DNA of 64,000 nt. It comes from an uncultured Flavobacteriaceae bacterium. Lineage in GTDB: Bacteria; Bacteroidota; Bacteroidia; Flavobacteriales; Flavobacteriaceae. The stretch is from the NCBI GenBank assembly GCA_964386915.1, contig CAYLUQ010000005.1, positions 25,572 through 89,571 of the forward strand. The letters run 5' to 3'. The translations under genes and the position numbers were made by a program. The notes below the pieces were generated by a model. The model was not told the origin of the DNA. It made no database searches and saw only the letters and a list, made by a program, of their open reading frames with translations. The stretch's first letter is position 1, and each line of letters begins with the position of its first letter. Below, piece by piece: positions 29,421-39,487 of this stretch.

Positions 29421-31796
29421 ATGACATTTTCTAAAATAGTAGCCATGAATAAGCCAAGTTTTTTGCTCCTCTTGTTGATCAGCTTTTTGAGCAGTTGTGA
29501 ATCTGAAACCGAAAAAAGACCCTATCAAAGCCTTTGGTTTGAATCGCCTGCAAAAGAGTGGGAAGAAGCACTCCCGCTAGGCAACGGACGTTTAGGCATG
29601 ATGGTTTTTGGAGATCCAATCAACGACCGCATACAACTCAACGACGATTCCCTTTGGCCAAAAGACTTAGATTGGGAACATCCTGAGGGAGGCCCCGAAG
29701 ATCTAAAGGCTATTCGAGCGGCTTTAGACCGCGGAGATGCTGCTACTGCAGATTCTCTCTTAGTGGAAAAGTTTTCCAATAAAACCATTGTTCGTTCTCA
29801 CCAAACCTTGGGTGATCTTTACCTTCAATGGAATCATAAAAACGTTGCCAATTATAAAAGAAGTTTAGATTTAGAAGAGGCCGTTGCCACCACCACCTAT
29901 ACTGTTGATGGCTATCAAGTGGAGCAAAAAGCCTTTGTCTCTCATCCGCATCAAATCATGCTCATAACGCTTCAGACTGCTCATCCTGATGGACTAGAAG
30001 GCACCCTATGGTTAGATCGACCAAAAGATGAGGGTCTTGCTACCGTACAAATTGAAACCCTAGAGCAAGGCCTCATCATGCGGGGAGAAATCACACAACA
30101 AAAAGGAGCCTTTAGAACCCAACCTGCCCCCATAAAAGAAGGCATTGCTTTTGAAACCCAACTACAGGCACAGGCGCAGGGAGGAAGTATAACTTCTGCC
30201 CATAATCAGTTAAAAGTTAAAGGAGCACAGTCTCTAACCCTTATGATAGCCACCAACTCTACTTATTATACTCCCCATCCCGACATGCAAAACAAAGCCC
30301 AACTAGAGGCTGTTCAAAATTTGGATAGCAAAACTCTTCAAGCGATTCATACTAAAGATCATCAAAGTCTTTTCAATAGGGTAACACTTCATTTGGAAGA
30401 GGAGCAACCCTTTGAACATTTGGCAACCGACAAGCGGTTGGCGCAAGTAAAAAATAAAACAGCCCAAGACAATGGTCTAAGTCAATTGCTGTTTGATTAT
30501 GGGCGCTATTTGCTCATTGCCTCTTCCCGTCCTGGGAGCCTTCCGGCCAATTTACAAGGTCTTTGGAATCAACACATTAATGCTCCATGGAATGCAGATT
30601 ATCACCTTAATATTAACTTACAAATGAACTATTGGCTGGCCAATCTTACCCAATTGCATGAACTCAATCAACCCCTCTTTGATTATGTAGATCGCTTGGT
30701 TACCAATGGAAAAGTAACAGCCCAACAAAATTTTGGTTGCAGAGGGTCTTTTCTTCCACATGCCACAGATCTATGGGCACCCACTTGGCTGCGTGCTCCT
30801 ACTGCCTACTGGGGAGCCTCTTTTGCTGCCGGAGGATGGCTCATGCAACACTATTGGGAACATTACCAATTTACGCAAGACCGAACCTTTTTAAAAGAAC
30901 GCGCTTTCCCAGCCTTGCATGAAGTAGCCCAGTTTTATAGCGATTGGTTGCAATTAGACCCTCGCGATGGGACTCTCATTGCCTATCCGTCCACTTCTCC
31001 CGAAAATCGTTACATTAATGCTACCGGAGCTCCAGTTGCAAGTTGCAAAGGCAGCGCCATGGATCAGCAAGTCATTTTTGAAGTTTTTACAAACTATTTG
31101 AAAACGTCTGAAGAATTAGGTCTTACGAATGAATTAACTCAAACTATTTCTAAGCAATTGCCACAGTTGCGTTCAGGTTTTGTACTCGGCAAAGACGGTC
31201 GCATTTTAGAATGGGACAGACCCTATACCGAACATGAACCGGGACATAGGCATATGTCACATCTATATGGTTTTCATCCAGGATCACAAGTAACGGCCTT
31301 AGAAACTCCCGAACTTTTTAAAGCCGTAAAAACTACCTTAGAGCATCGTTTGGCCAATGGAGGAGCTGGAACCGGTTGGAGTCGTGCCTGGTTAATCAAC
31401 TGTGCCGCGCGCCTTTTAGATGGTGCTATGGTAGAAGAACACATTCAATTGCTTTTTGAAAAATCCATTTACACCAACCTTTTTGATGCACACCCTCCCT
31501 TTCAAATTGATGGCAATTTTGGATTCACGGCTGGGGTGGCTGAAGCCTTATTGCAATCCCATGAAAAAAACACCCTACGACTCTTGCCGGGCCTTCCCCC
31601 TTTGTGGAAAAATGGGAGCGTTTCAGGCTTAGTGGCAAGAGGCAATATCGTAGTGAATTTGGAGTGGAAAGAAGGCAAAATCACCACTGTTGAACTCCAT
31701 AGTGCAACTTCTCAAACGGTTAATCTTATTTATAACAATACAACAGAAGAAGTGGAGTTAGCTAAAGGGAAAACCAAAATAATCCGAACCCTATAA
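29421..31796 (+). CDS. glycoside hydrolase family 95 (alpha-L-fucosidase/alpha-L-galactosidase type)
   Basis: N-terminal WFESPAKEWEEALPLGNGRLGMMVFG..IQLNDDSLW and central NADYHLNINLQMNYW are typical GH95 blocks. Lipoprotein leader from the alternative ATG at 29445 (..SFLSSC). Confidence 0.9.
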   Translation: MTFSKIVAMNKPSFLLLLLISFLSSCESETEKRPYQSLWFESPAKEWEEALPLGNGRLGMMVFGDPINDRIQLNDDSLWPKDLDWEHPEGGPEDLKAIRAALDRGDAATADSLLVEKFSNKTIVRSHQTLGDLYLQWNHKNVANYKRSLDLEEAVATTTYTVDGYQVEQKAFVSHPHQIMLITLQTAHPDGLEGTLWLDRPKDEGLATVQIETLEQGLIMRGEITQQKGAFRTQPAPIKEGIAFETQLQAQAQGGSITSAHNQLKVKGAQSLTLMIATNSTYYTPHPDMQNKAQLEAVQNLDSKTLQAIHTKDHQSLFNRVTLHLEEEQPFEHLATDKRLAQVKNKTAQDNGLSQLLFDYGRYLLIASSRPGSLPANLQGLWNQHINAPWNADYHLNINLQMNYWLANLTQLHELNQPLFDYVDRLVTNGKVTAQQNFGCRGSFLPHATDLWAPTWLRAPTAYWGASFAAGGWLMQHYWEHYQFTQDRTFLKERAFPALHEVAQFYSDWLQLDPRDGTLIAYPSTSPENRYINATGAPVASCKGSAMDQQVIFEVFTNYLKTSEELGLTNELTQTISKQLPQLRSGFVLGKDGRILEWDRPYTEHEPGHRHMSHLYGFHPGSQVTALETPELFKAVKTTLEHRLANGGAGTGWSRAWLINCAARLLDGAMVEEHIQLLFEKSIYTNLFDAHPPFQIDGNFGFTAGVAEALLQSHEKNTLRLLPGLPPLWKNGSVSGLVARGNIVVNLEWKEGKITTVELHSATSQTVNLIYNNTTEEVELAKGKTKIIRTL

Positions 31797-31872
31797 AAAC
31801 ATAAGCTAAAAGAAGCTTTTGCCTTAATTGTGAATTATATTTTATGATTATCTTTAACTACATTTTAGTGAT

Positions 31873-32730
31873 ATGAACGATAAGGAAAAAAACCCATTGC
31901 AAAACCTAGATCAATGGGAAGACCATTTGCTGGAGCGCTATCCAGAAAACCCCAAAGAAAAAGAAGATTTTAGGGATTATGAAAACTCCGATCGCGCCGA
32001 TGGTGTGAGTGCTTTTTATGAACTCAATCACCGCTATCAAACTTATGATTTTGTGGTGGAAAAAGAAAAGGAGTTTTTGCAGTTTAACAAAAGAGAAATG
32101 TCGCTATGGGAAGGGGTAGATTTTTTAAACACCTTGGTAGACGATAGCGATCCAGATATTGAGCTGGATCAACTCCAGCATTTGCTGCAAACCTCCGAGG
32201 CTATTCGTGCCGATGGTCATCCCGATTGGTTTGTTTTGACCGGATTTTTGCACGATATGGGTAAAGTGCTTTGCCTCTTTGGAGAACCCCAATGGGCCGT
32301 GGTAGGCGACACCTTTCCTGTGGGTTGCCAATTTTCAGATAAAATTGTATATCCAAACTTTTTTAATCAAAATCCAGATAGCACCAATCCTAATTTCAAC
32401 ACAAAATATGGTATTTATGAACCCCATTGTGGCTTAGAAAATGTAAAAATGAGTTGGGGTCATGATGAATATTTATACCAAATCATGAAACCCTATTTGC
32501 CACAAGAAGCGCTCTATATGATTCGCTATCACTCTTTTTATGCTCAACATAGAGAAGCTGCCTATGACCACTTATTGAATAAGGAAGATCAGGCCTTGTT
32601 TGAATGGGTGAAAAAATTCAATCCCTATGATTTGTATTCCAAAGCTCCTGTACCACCAGACAGCAAGGCCTTACGCCCCTATTATGAAGATCTAGTGGCT
32701 AAATTTTTACCCGAAACCCTTCGCTTTTAA
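31873..32730 (+). CDS. myo-inositol oxygenase (MIOX, HD-domain di-iron oxygenase)
   Basis: Collinear with animal MIOX as I remember it: DESDPD-like [68 protein letters not shown]. No signal peptide. Confidence 0.92.
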   Translation: MNDKEKNPLQNLDQWEDHLLERYPENPKEKEDFRDYENSDRADGVSAFYELNHRYQTYDFVVEKEKEFLQFNKREMSLWEGVDFLNTLVDDSDPDIELDQLQHLLQTSEAIRADGHPDWFVLTGFLHDMGKVLCLFGEPQWAVVGDTFPVGCQFSDKIVYPNFFNQNPDSTNPNFNTKYGIYEPHCGLENVKMSWGHDEYLYQIMKPYLPQEALYMIRYHSFYAQHREAAYDHLLNKEDQALFEWVKKFNPYDLYSKAPVPPDSKALRPYYEDLVAKFLPETLRF

Positions 32731-32744
32731 ACTTTTATAGAATT

Positions 32745-33503
32745 ATGCAAACCCTTAAAAGAATTGCCCTCCTTGGAATTTTTCTTTGCAGCAGCCTGTT
32801 GCTTGGTCAAGAAGGAGAAAAAAAATTATTGATTTACACCAAAAACGGTAAAGGCTATGTCCACAAAAATATTGCTGCTAGTGTGGCCACCCTTCAAAAA
32901 ATTTGTACCGATTTGGGTGTTGCTGCAACAGTGTCTGAAGATCCGGCTATTTTCACCTCATCCGAATTAGCTTCCTTTGACGCCATATTTTTTTCGAACA
33001 CCAACAATGAGGCTTTTGATACCCAAGCTCAAAAGGACGCTTTTCAAACTTTTTGCCGAAATGGGAAAGGGTTTGGTGGTTTTCACTCGGCCAGTGGCTC
33101 AGAAAGACAATGGCCATGGTATTGGAACTTATTGGGCGGTAAATTTATTCGCCATGCTCCCTTTCAAGAGTTTACGGTTAAGGTGATTGATGCTAACCAC
33201 CCTTCCACCAAGAATTTGCCCACAGAATTTACCGTTCGTGATGAATGCTATTATAGCATTGAAATGAATCCCGACATTCATGTGCTGTTGGCTGCTGATA
33301 TGACTACCGTTGAAGACCCTAAAAAAGGAGAATATCCTGGAAACATTTTCAACGATAGTTTTCCTCTTGCGTGGTGCCACGAATTTGACGGAGGAAAACA
33401 ATGGTATTCCTCTCTTGGCCATTCTATAGAGGCTTATGCATTGCCTTTATATCAAGAACACCTAAAAGGTGGGCTGCAATACATTCTCTCTATAGCAGAA
33501 TAA
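32745..33503 (+). CDS. ThuA domain protein, exported
   Basis: Signal peptide, then LLIYTKNGKGYVH, FDAIFFSNT, GKGFGGFHSAS and DECY, consistent with ThuA-like class-I glutamine-amidotransferase-like proteins. Confidence 0.8.
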   Translation: MQTLKRIALLGIFLCSSLLLGQEGEKKLLIYTKNGKGYVHKNIAASVATLQKICTDLGVAATVSEDPAIFTSSELASFDAIFFSNTNNEAFDTQAQKDAFQTFCRNGKGFGGFHSASGSERQWPWYWNLLGGKFIRHAPFQEFTVKVIDANHPSTKNLPTEFTVRDECYYSIEMNPDIHVLLAADMTTVEDPKKGEYPGNIFNDSFPLAWCHEFDGGKQWYSSLGHSIEAYALPLYQEHLKGGLQYILSIAE

Positions 33504-33504
33504 A

Positions 33505-34245
33505 TTATAACTGCGAGTAGGGCAAGCGCTTAATAAATTCCAATTGTATATTGGAAACGGAATTGTCAAATTCTTCTAATTGAGAAACGCGTTTCCACTC
33601 TGGATGCACTCTAAAAGCGTCCCATGCTTTATTTCTAGCTTCCATAGACGCATGAGAAGTAATATAAGTTAAAGCCGGCATGTTTGGTCCTGCCACTTGC
33701 TCTCCAAAGAAGACGGAATGCAAGCCTGCATCATCAAAAATGTCAAACTCATATTGGTTAAACATTTTGCGCTTTCTGTCGGCTGCATTTTCACTGTAGC
33801 TTTCATAGGTGCGCAATTCAAAAAGTTCATCGCCTTCTTTGGGCGCCACCAAGTTAGGAAAGCTATCAAAGCCAAAATAAAACGAGGTTGTTATTCTCTT
33901 ATAAGGAGATTCATTTGGACCTATAGCATCATAGGCTTGTTTGGCTGCTCTATATTGTTCGTCACTTTTTAATGCTTCGTGTACCGCTGCAAAATGAACC
34001 ACATCTTGATATGTAATTAGGAGGTATATTTTTTTGGGAAGTTGCTCCGCTATCGGTTCAAAAGCACCAACATGGGCAACACCATTTTTGTTTAAGGCAG
34101 GAATCAAAACAGTTGACAAATAATCATGCAAGGGTTGGGCGTTATGGCCCCACTGCAATTCATAACTACGCCATTCAAAATAAGACTTTTGGGCACTTAA
34201 GGTTCCTCCAATAAGTAAAATAAAAAGGGTTAATTTCTTGAACAT
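33505..34245 (-). CDS. NIPSNAP family protein (two domains), exported
   Basis: Signal peptide ..GGTLSAQ. Two repeats beginning YFEWRSYEL and LFELRTYESY. Confidence 0.78.
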   Translation of the reverse strand: MFKKLTLFILLIGGTLSAQKSYFEWRSYELQWGHNAQPLHDYLSTVLIPALNKNGVAHVGAFEPIAEQLPKKIYLLITYQDVVHFAAVHEALKSDEQYRAAKQAYDAIGPNESPYKRITTSFYFGFDSFPNLVAPKEGDELFELRTYESYSENAADRKRKMFNQYEFDIFDDAGLHSVFFGEQVAGPNMPALTYITSHASMEARNKAWDAFRVHPEWKRVSQLEEFDNSVSNIQLEFIKRLPYSQL

Positions 34246-34304
34246 GTTAAAAGATTAGATTAGTTTGTGAGCAGTAAATATAAACAACCTTATTGAAAAC
34301 AACC

Positions 34305-34754
34305 ATGAAAAAAATAAACATTATTGCCCTACTCCTTTTTACCGGATTCCTAAGTGCGCAAGAAGCACATCCTTTTAGTTTTACCTTTAATCATCAGGCT
34401 TTACCCGTTGCCAAGTTACAAGAGACAGGAGATTTCTATGTTCACATTTTAGGCTTTAAAGAAATTGAAGTCACCGCGAGCCAAACCAACCCAAAGCGAT
34501 GGGTTCAAAATCATGAGGGCAAACAACTGCATTTAATCACCAGTAAAGATGGAGCCCCTAATACCATGATTAATCACATGGCCTTTTCTACTTCAAATTT
34601 TGATGCTTTTGTGGCTCATTTAAGAAAAAACAACATTACCTTTTGGACGGATGAAGGAAAGAAAAATGAGGTGCGTATAAGAGCAGATGGCGTGCGACAA
34701 GTAAAATTTCAAGATCCAGAAGGGCATTGGATTGAAATTAACGAAACACATTAA
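34305..34754 (+). CDS. VOC (glyoxalase/bleomycin-resistance) family protein, exported
   Basis: Signal peptide ..GFLSAQ. FNHQALPV..FYVHILGF and INHMAFST..FQDPEGHWIEI. ATG at 34305 is preferred over the TTG at 34293. Confidence 0.78.
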   Translation: MKKINIIALLLFTGFLSAQEAHPFSFTFNHQALPVAKLQETGDFYVHILGFKEIEVTASQTNPKRWVQNHEGKQLHLITSKDGAPNTMINHMAFSTSNFDAFVAHLRKNNITFWTDEGKKNEVRIRADGVRQVKFQDPEGHWIEINETH

Positions 34755-35932
34755 GCAAGTCCACTGCGCAAAATACCAAGAGCTAAGCCTCTGAGCTCGG
34801 CTAATCCTCTCAATCGGCCAATAGCGGAATAACCCGGATTGGTTTTTTTATGTAAATCGTCTAACATTTGATGACCGTGGTCAGGGCGCATTGGAATTTG
34901 GAAATCTTTTCTTCCTACTTCTTTTCTTCTGCTTTCTTCCGTTAGGGCTAATTTCACTAGAGCATACATATCGACATCTCCCGTGAGATGGTCGGCTTCG
35001 TGAAAGTTGCCTTCTGCGTCTCGTTGAGTGCTTCTAAAATGCAAAAAATGAACGCGTTCAGCATGGGCGGCAAACATTTCCATTAAATCATTATCCGGTC
35101 GTACCCCAAATGAACCGGTGCAAAACGTCAAGCCATTGTGCAGGGATGGCACCGCTTCAAAAAGTAATTTTAAATCGTTAGCTGTACTAACAATACGAGG
35201 AATGCCAAACAATGAAAACGGCGGATCATCAGGATGAATGCACATAAAACTATTTACAGCCTCAGCGGTTGGCATAATGGCTTTTAAAAAAGAAACTAAT
35301 GCTGCTCGCAAATGAGAAGGTGAAATGTTTTTATAGCTAGCCACCTGTTTGTTGAATGCTTTGAGATCATAGCCTTCTTCAGCTCCGGGAAGACCGGCAA
35401 TAATGCTGTTGGTTAAGGTTTGGCGTTCAGTTTCTTCTAATGCATCAAAATAGCGTTTAGCTTTTTCAATGGCTTGTGGCGAATAGTCTTTTTCAGCTCC
35501 TTCTCTTTTGGTTATAAAAAGATCGAAAGCTCGGAGAGCATCTATTTCTAGGGCCAATGCTTTAGAACCATCTGGCATGGTTTTGTCTAGATGGGTTCTG
35601 GTCCAATCGAGCACCGGCATAAAATTGTAACAAATAATATGAATGCCGCATTGAGCAAGATTTTCAATGCTTTGTTTATAGTTTTCAATGTAGGTTTCAT
35701 GTCCTGGCAATTGTTGTTTAATGGCCTCATGCACGGGAATTGACTCTACCACAGTCCATTTTAGTCCTGCTGCTTCAATACGGTCTTTGTGCGCTTGAAT
35801 TTGATCTACAGGCCATACAGTTCCATTGGGAATGTGGTGTAAGGCCGAGACTATATCGGTAGCACCGGCTTGTTTGATATCGGTTAAACTCACTGGGTCA
35901 TTAGGCCCATACCATCGAAACGATTCTTTCAT
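34751..35932 (-). CDS. uxuA: mannonate dehydratase
   Basis: N-terminal MKESFRWYGPNDPVSL..IKQAGATDIVSALHHIP; 393 aa. Confidence 0.93.
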   Translation of the reverse strand: MKESFRWYGPNDPVSLTDIKQAGATDIVSALHHIPNGTVWPVDQIQAHKDRIEAAGLKWTVVESIPVHEAIKQQLPGHETYIENYKQSIENLAQCGIHIICYNFMPVLDWTRTHLDKTMPDGSKALALEIDALRAFDLFITKREGAEKDYSPQAIEKAKRYFDALEETERQTLTNSIIAGLPGAEEGYDLKAFNKQVASYKNISPSHLRAALVSFLKAIMPTAEAVNSFMCIHPDDPPFSLFGIPRIVSTANDLKLLFEAVPSLHNGLTFCTGSFGVRPDNDLMEMFAAHAERVHFLHFRSTQRDAEGNFHEADHLTGDVDMYALVKLALTEESRRKEVGRKDFQIPMRPDHGHQMLDDLHKKTNPGYSAIGRLRGLAELRGLALGILRSGLA

Positions 35933-35934
35933 AG

Positions 35935-36741
35935 TTAAACTCCACTAAAAGCGTTAAAACCACCGTCAATGGGCAGAACAGCTCCGGTAATAAAACTAGC
36001 GCTTTCACTACACAAAAACTGAATGGCCCCATTAAGTTCTTCCGGTTTACCAAACCGACGCATGGGCGTGTTGTTGATTATTTTTTGCCCTCTTTCTGTG
36101 AGGCTGCCATCTTCGTTGGTTAACAGTCGTTGGTTTTGCTTGGCAATAAAAAAACCAGGGGCAATGGCATTAACCCGTAGGCCATCACCAAATTTTAAAG
36201 CCATTTCAACGGCCATCCATCGGGTGAAATTTTCCATAGCTGCCTTGGCTGCCGAATAGCCCACTACGCGTGTTATGGCCCGATCTACCGCCATAGAAGA
36301 ATAGTTTACTATGGCTCCTTTGCCGTTTTGACTCATCACTTTGCCAAAAACAATTGAAGGTAAAATGGTGCCCTTTAAGTTTAAATTCAATACCGTGTCA
36401 AAATCATTTTCTGATAAATCAAAAATAGTTTTGTCGTCGGGAATTGTTGCTCCTTGAAGGTTTCCACCAACCGCATTAATCAAAGCGTCTATGGTACCAA
36501 AGCGAGCCACAATTTTGGAAGCAGTTGCTTCTAATTCGGCCTTATTTAACACATCAACTTGATAGGCTTCTACCTCAGTATGATATTGCCTTAGGGTATC
36601 TACTTGTTCTGAAAGCAAGTTTTGATTTCTGCCTAACAAGGCTAGTTTTGCCCCTGCTTTTGCTAAACCTTCCGCTTGAACACTTCCTAATGTTCCGGTT
36701 ACGCCCGTAAAAACAAAGACTTTATTTTTAATGTCAATCAA
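35935..36741 (-). CDS. uxuB: SDR family oxidoreductase, probable D-mannonate/fructuronate oxidoreductase
   Basis: TGVTGTLG cofactor motif and catalytic YSAAK. Sits 2 nt upstream of uxuA, as for SDR-type UxuB in Bacteroidota and Bacillus. Confidence 0.75.
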   Translation of the reverse strand: MIDIKNKVFVFTGVTGTLGSVQAEGLAKAGAKLALLGRNQNLLSEQVDTLRQYHTEVEAYQVDVLNKAELEATASKIVARFGTIDALINAVGGNLQGATIPDDKTIFDLSENDFDTVLNLNLKGTILPSIVFGKVMSQNGKGAIVNYSSMAVDRAITRVVGYSAAKAAMENFTRWMAVEMALKFGDGLRVNAIAPGFFIAKQNQRLLTNEDGSLTERGQKIINNTPMRRFGKPEELNGAIQFLCSESASFITGAVLPIDGGFNAFSGV

Positions 36742-36754
36742 AATGTAAAAAAAA

Positions 36755-37948
36755 TTATAGGGTTATATTTTTATCCCAGTAAATGGTTTTGTTCTGATCC
36801 ATAGCCCGTATGCCCATGTCTATGGCAACTGCAGTTTTGGCTCCAGTGGTGATATCGGACAGAGGTGGTGTGTTGTTGACAATGGCATCTCGGAAATCTT
36901 CCAAGGCTTGTCGAGTAGGATCAAGGTGCGTATATTGAATGGGAACACCTTTTCCAGGCTCCCAATTGGCAGTAGCACCGGTAACGCCATCCACATCTCC
37001 GTATTCTTTTTCATAACTGCCCTCAGGATATTCCCACGCTTTGGTGTAGTCTAACACTATGGTACCTTTATCTCCAAATACGCGAATTTTATAATCGTCT
37101 TTTGCATTGGCCGTGAGGCAGGTAAAGGTGGCTTTCAATCCGTTAGGATAGCCATAAATCACATGAATGTTATCATATGTTTCGCGCCCATCTTTCCAGT
37201 AGTCAATACCCCCCAAACCGGTAACTTTTTCGGGATGAAGCTGGGTTATCCAATTGACAAAATCAATTTGATGCGAACTTAATTCGGCTAATAGACCATA
37301 AGAAAAAGCTCTATACATACGCCAATTGACTTGTCTTTCAAATTTTGGATCGGGTACTGGACGTCTCCAATTGCCATTTCGGTTCCATTGGGCACTCACA
37401 GCGGTCACGTTACCAATTTTGCCACCTTGAATCATCTCAACAACATGCGAATAAAGTCGAGAACTGTGATATTGATGTCCAGTTTGAAATATTTTGTTGT
37501 GGTCTTTAGCAACTTTAGCTACTAGATCCAATGTAGCTTGCTGCCCCTTAACCATAGTTTTTTCACAATAAATATGCACATCAGCATCTACTGCAGCAGT
37601 GGCAATAGTGGCATGAGTACTTAAAGGACTGCTTATGATAACACCATCCAAATCTTTGTGCTCTAATAAATCAATAAATGAGGTATAGGCTTTAGCCTTG
37701 GGTGCAATTGTTTGAGCCTCCGAAAGCCTAAAAGGAAGGAGGTCGCAGATGGCCACAATACGCACATTGTCAATTTGGTTTAATATTTTCATTAGCCCCA
37801 TGCCTCTACTTCCTGTGCCAATCACACCAATATGGACTGTTTTGCTTGGCGTACCTGAAAAAATGGAAAAAGGAGAGATGCTTGGAGTCAAAACGCCCAC
37901 TGATAATGCAGCAGAACTTTTACTTATAAATTTTCTTCTGGAATTCAT
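36755..37948 (-). CDS. Gfo/Idh/MocA family oxidoreductase, Tat-exported
   Basis: Leader NSRRKFISKSSAAL, Rossmann IGVIGTGSRGMG, IYCEKT motif. Confidence 0.88.
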   Translation of the reverse strand: MNSRRKFISKSSAALSVGVLTPSISPFSIFSGTPSKTVHIGVIGTGSRGMGLMKILNQIDNVRIVAICDLLPFRLSEAQTIAPKAKAYTSFIDLLEHKDLDGVIISSPLSTHATIATAAVDADVHIYCEKTMVKGQQATLDLVAKVAKDHNKIFQTGHQYHSSRLYSHVVEMIQGGKIGNVTAVSAQWNRNGNWRRPVPDPKFERQVNWRMYRAFSYGLLAELSSHQIDFVNWITQLHPEKVTGLGGIDYWKDGRETYDNIHVIYGYPNGLKATFTCLTANAKDDYKIRVFGDKGTIVLDYTKAWEYPEGSYEKEYGDVDGVTGATANWEPGKGVPIQYTHLDPTRQALEDFRDAIVNNTPPLSDITTGAKTAVAIDMGIRAMDQNKTIYWDKNITL

Positions 37949-38032
37949 GAAATTATGTTTGACCTAAAATTAAAAATAAACAGGAAAAGTGTCCTATTGA
38001 TTTACTGCAATATTAAAAAACTTTTACTTATA

Positions 38033-38050
38033 TTCGTTAACGTTAACGAA
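38033..38050. promoter_or_regulatory. candidate LacI-family operator, perfect palindrome TTCGTTAACGTTAACGAA
   Basis: Perfect 18-bp dyad with a central CG in the 131-bp divergent region. A 17/18 identical copy lies at 48410-48427. Confidence 0.6.
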
Positions 38051-38079
38051 AAAATGTATAATCTTAAATTAAAAGCAAA

Positions 38080-39474
38080 TTGAAACCTAATTTTCTAACC
38101 AAGCGCAGCACTATGGCTGCTTTTATTTTCTTACTGCTAAATGTTTTTGCCTATGGGCAGGAGGCACAGTGGGAAACTCTTTTTGACGGATCAAACTTCG
38201 ATAATTTCAAGCAACTCAATGGAACAGCAGAATATCGCATTGAAGATGGTGCTATGGTTGGGATTTCTAAATTGAAAACCCCCAATAGCTTTATGGCTAC
38301 CAAAAAACTGTATACCGATTTTATATTGGAATTTGAAGTGAAAGTGGACAATGGACTCAATTCTGGCGTACAATTTAGAAGCAACAGTTTTCCTGAATAT
38401 AACAATGGAAGAGTGCATGGCTACCAATGTGAAATTGAAACCAGCCCTAGAAAATGGGCAGGAGGAGTCTATGATGAAGCACGAAACGGTTGGCTCTATC
38501 CCCTTACTTTAAATCCAACAGGGCAAAAAGCCTTTATCACCGGACAGTGGAATCACTATCGTATAGAAGCTATTGGAAACTCCATTAGAACCTATATCAA
38601 CGGCATTCAATGTGCCAATTTGGTAGATCCAACAACGGCCAAAGGATTTATTGCCTTCCAAGTACACAGCATTGGTAATGCCGAAGATGAAGGCAAAAAA
38701 GTACGTTGGAAAAACATCAAAATTTTAACTACTGATCTGGCAGCTCATCGCAATCCTGTTTATGATTATGCACCCGAAGTGAGCAACCTCACCAATATGC
38801 TGACCGAAAATGAAATTCGAAAAGGATGGCGTTTGTTATGGGATGGTCAATCCACTAAGGGGTGGCGTGGTGCCAAGCTAGATGGTTTTCCTCAAAAAGG
38901 GTGGAAAATTGAAGAAGGTGTCTTAACGGTTTTAGCAGCCGACGGTGCTGAATCTGGCAACGGTGGTGATATTGTAACTACAGATGAATTTTCAAATTTT
39001 GAATTGAGTGTTGATTTTAAAATGACTGACGGAGCCAATTCTGGAATTAAATATTTTGTAGATACTGAATTGAACAAAGGAAACGGTTCTGCTATAGGAC
39101 TCGAATTTCAAATTTTAGACGACAGAAGACACCCTGATGCCAAGCAAGGAAAAAATGGCAACCGCACAGTGGGATCACTCTATGACCTTATTCGTGCCGA
39201 AAACCTAACAACCGGTGCTAGAAGAAAAAACTTTAAAGGCACCAACAATTGGAACAATGCGCGCATTGTGGTTAAAGATGGAAAAGTTGAACATTGGTTA
39301 AACCATGTAAAAGTGGTCGAATTTGATCGTTTTAGCCAAACGTTTAAAGCCCTAGTAGAAAAGAGTAAATATGAAAAATGGGAGAACTTTGGCCGTTTGC
39401 CGGCTGGATTGATTTTATTGCAAGATCATGGAAACGAAGTAGCTTTCAAAAACATCAAAATAAGAGAATTTTAA
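38080..39474 (+). CDS. tandem DUF1080 (3-keto-disaccharide hydrolase family) protein, exported
   Basis: Two repeats: [30 protein letters not shown] and [29 protein letters not shown]. Signal peptide present. TTG at 38080; alternative ATG at 38113. Confidence 0.85.
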   Translation: MKPNFLTKRSTMAAFIFLLLNVFAYGQEAQWETLFDGSNFDNFKQLNGTAEYRIEDGAMVGISKLKTPNSFMATKKLYTDFILEFEVKVDNGLNSGVQFRSNSFPEYNNGRVHGYQCEIETSPRKWAGGVYDEARNGWLYPLTLNPTGQKAFITGQWNHYRIEAIGNSIRTYINGIQCANLVDPTTAKGFIAFQVHSIGNAEDEGKKVRWKNIKILTTDLAAHRNPVYDYAPEVSNLTNMLTENEIRKGWRLLWDGQSTKGWRGAKLDGFPQKGWKIEEGVLTVLAADGAESGNGGDIVTTDEFSNFELSVDFKMTDGANSGIKYFVDTELNKGNGSAIGLEFQILDDRRHPDAKQGKNGNRTVGSLYDLIRAENLTTGARRKNFKGTNNWNNARIVVKDGKVEHWLNHVKVVEFDRFSQTFKALVEKSKYEKWENFGRLPAGLILLQDHGNEVAFKNIKIREF

Positions 39475-39487
39475 ATTGAAAACTAAA

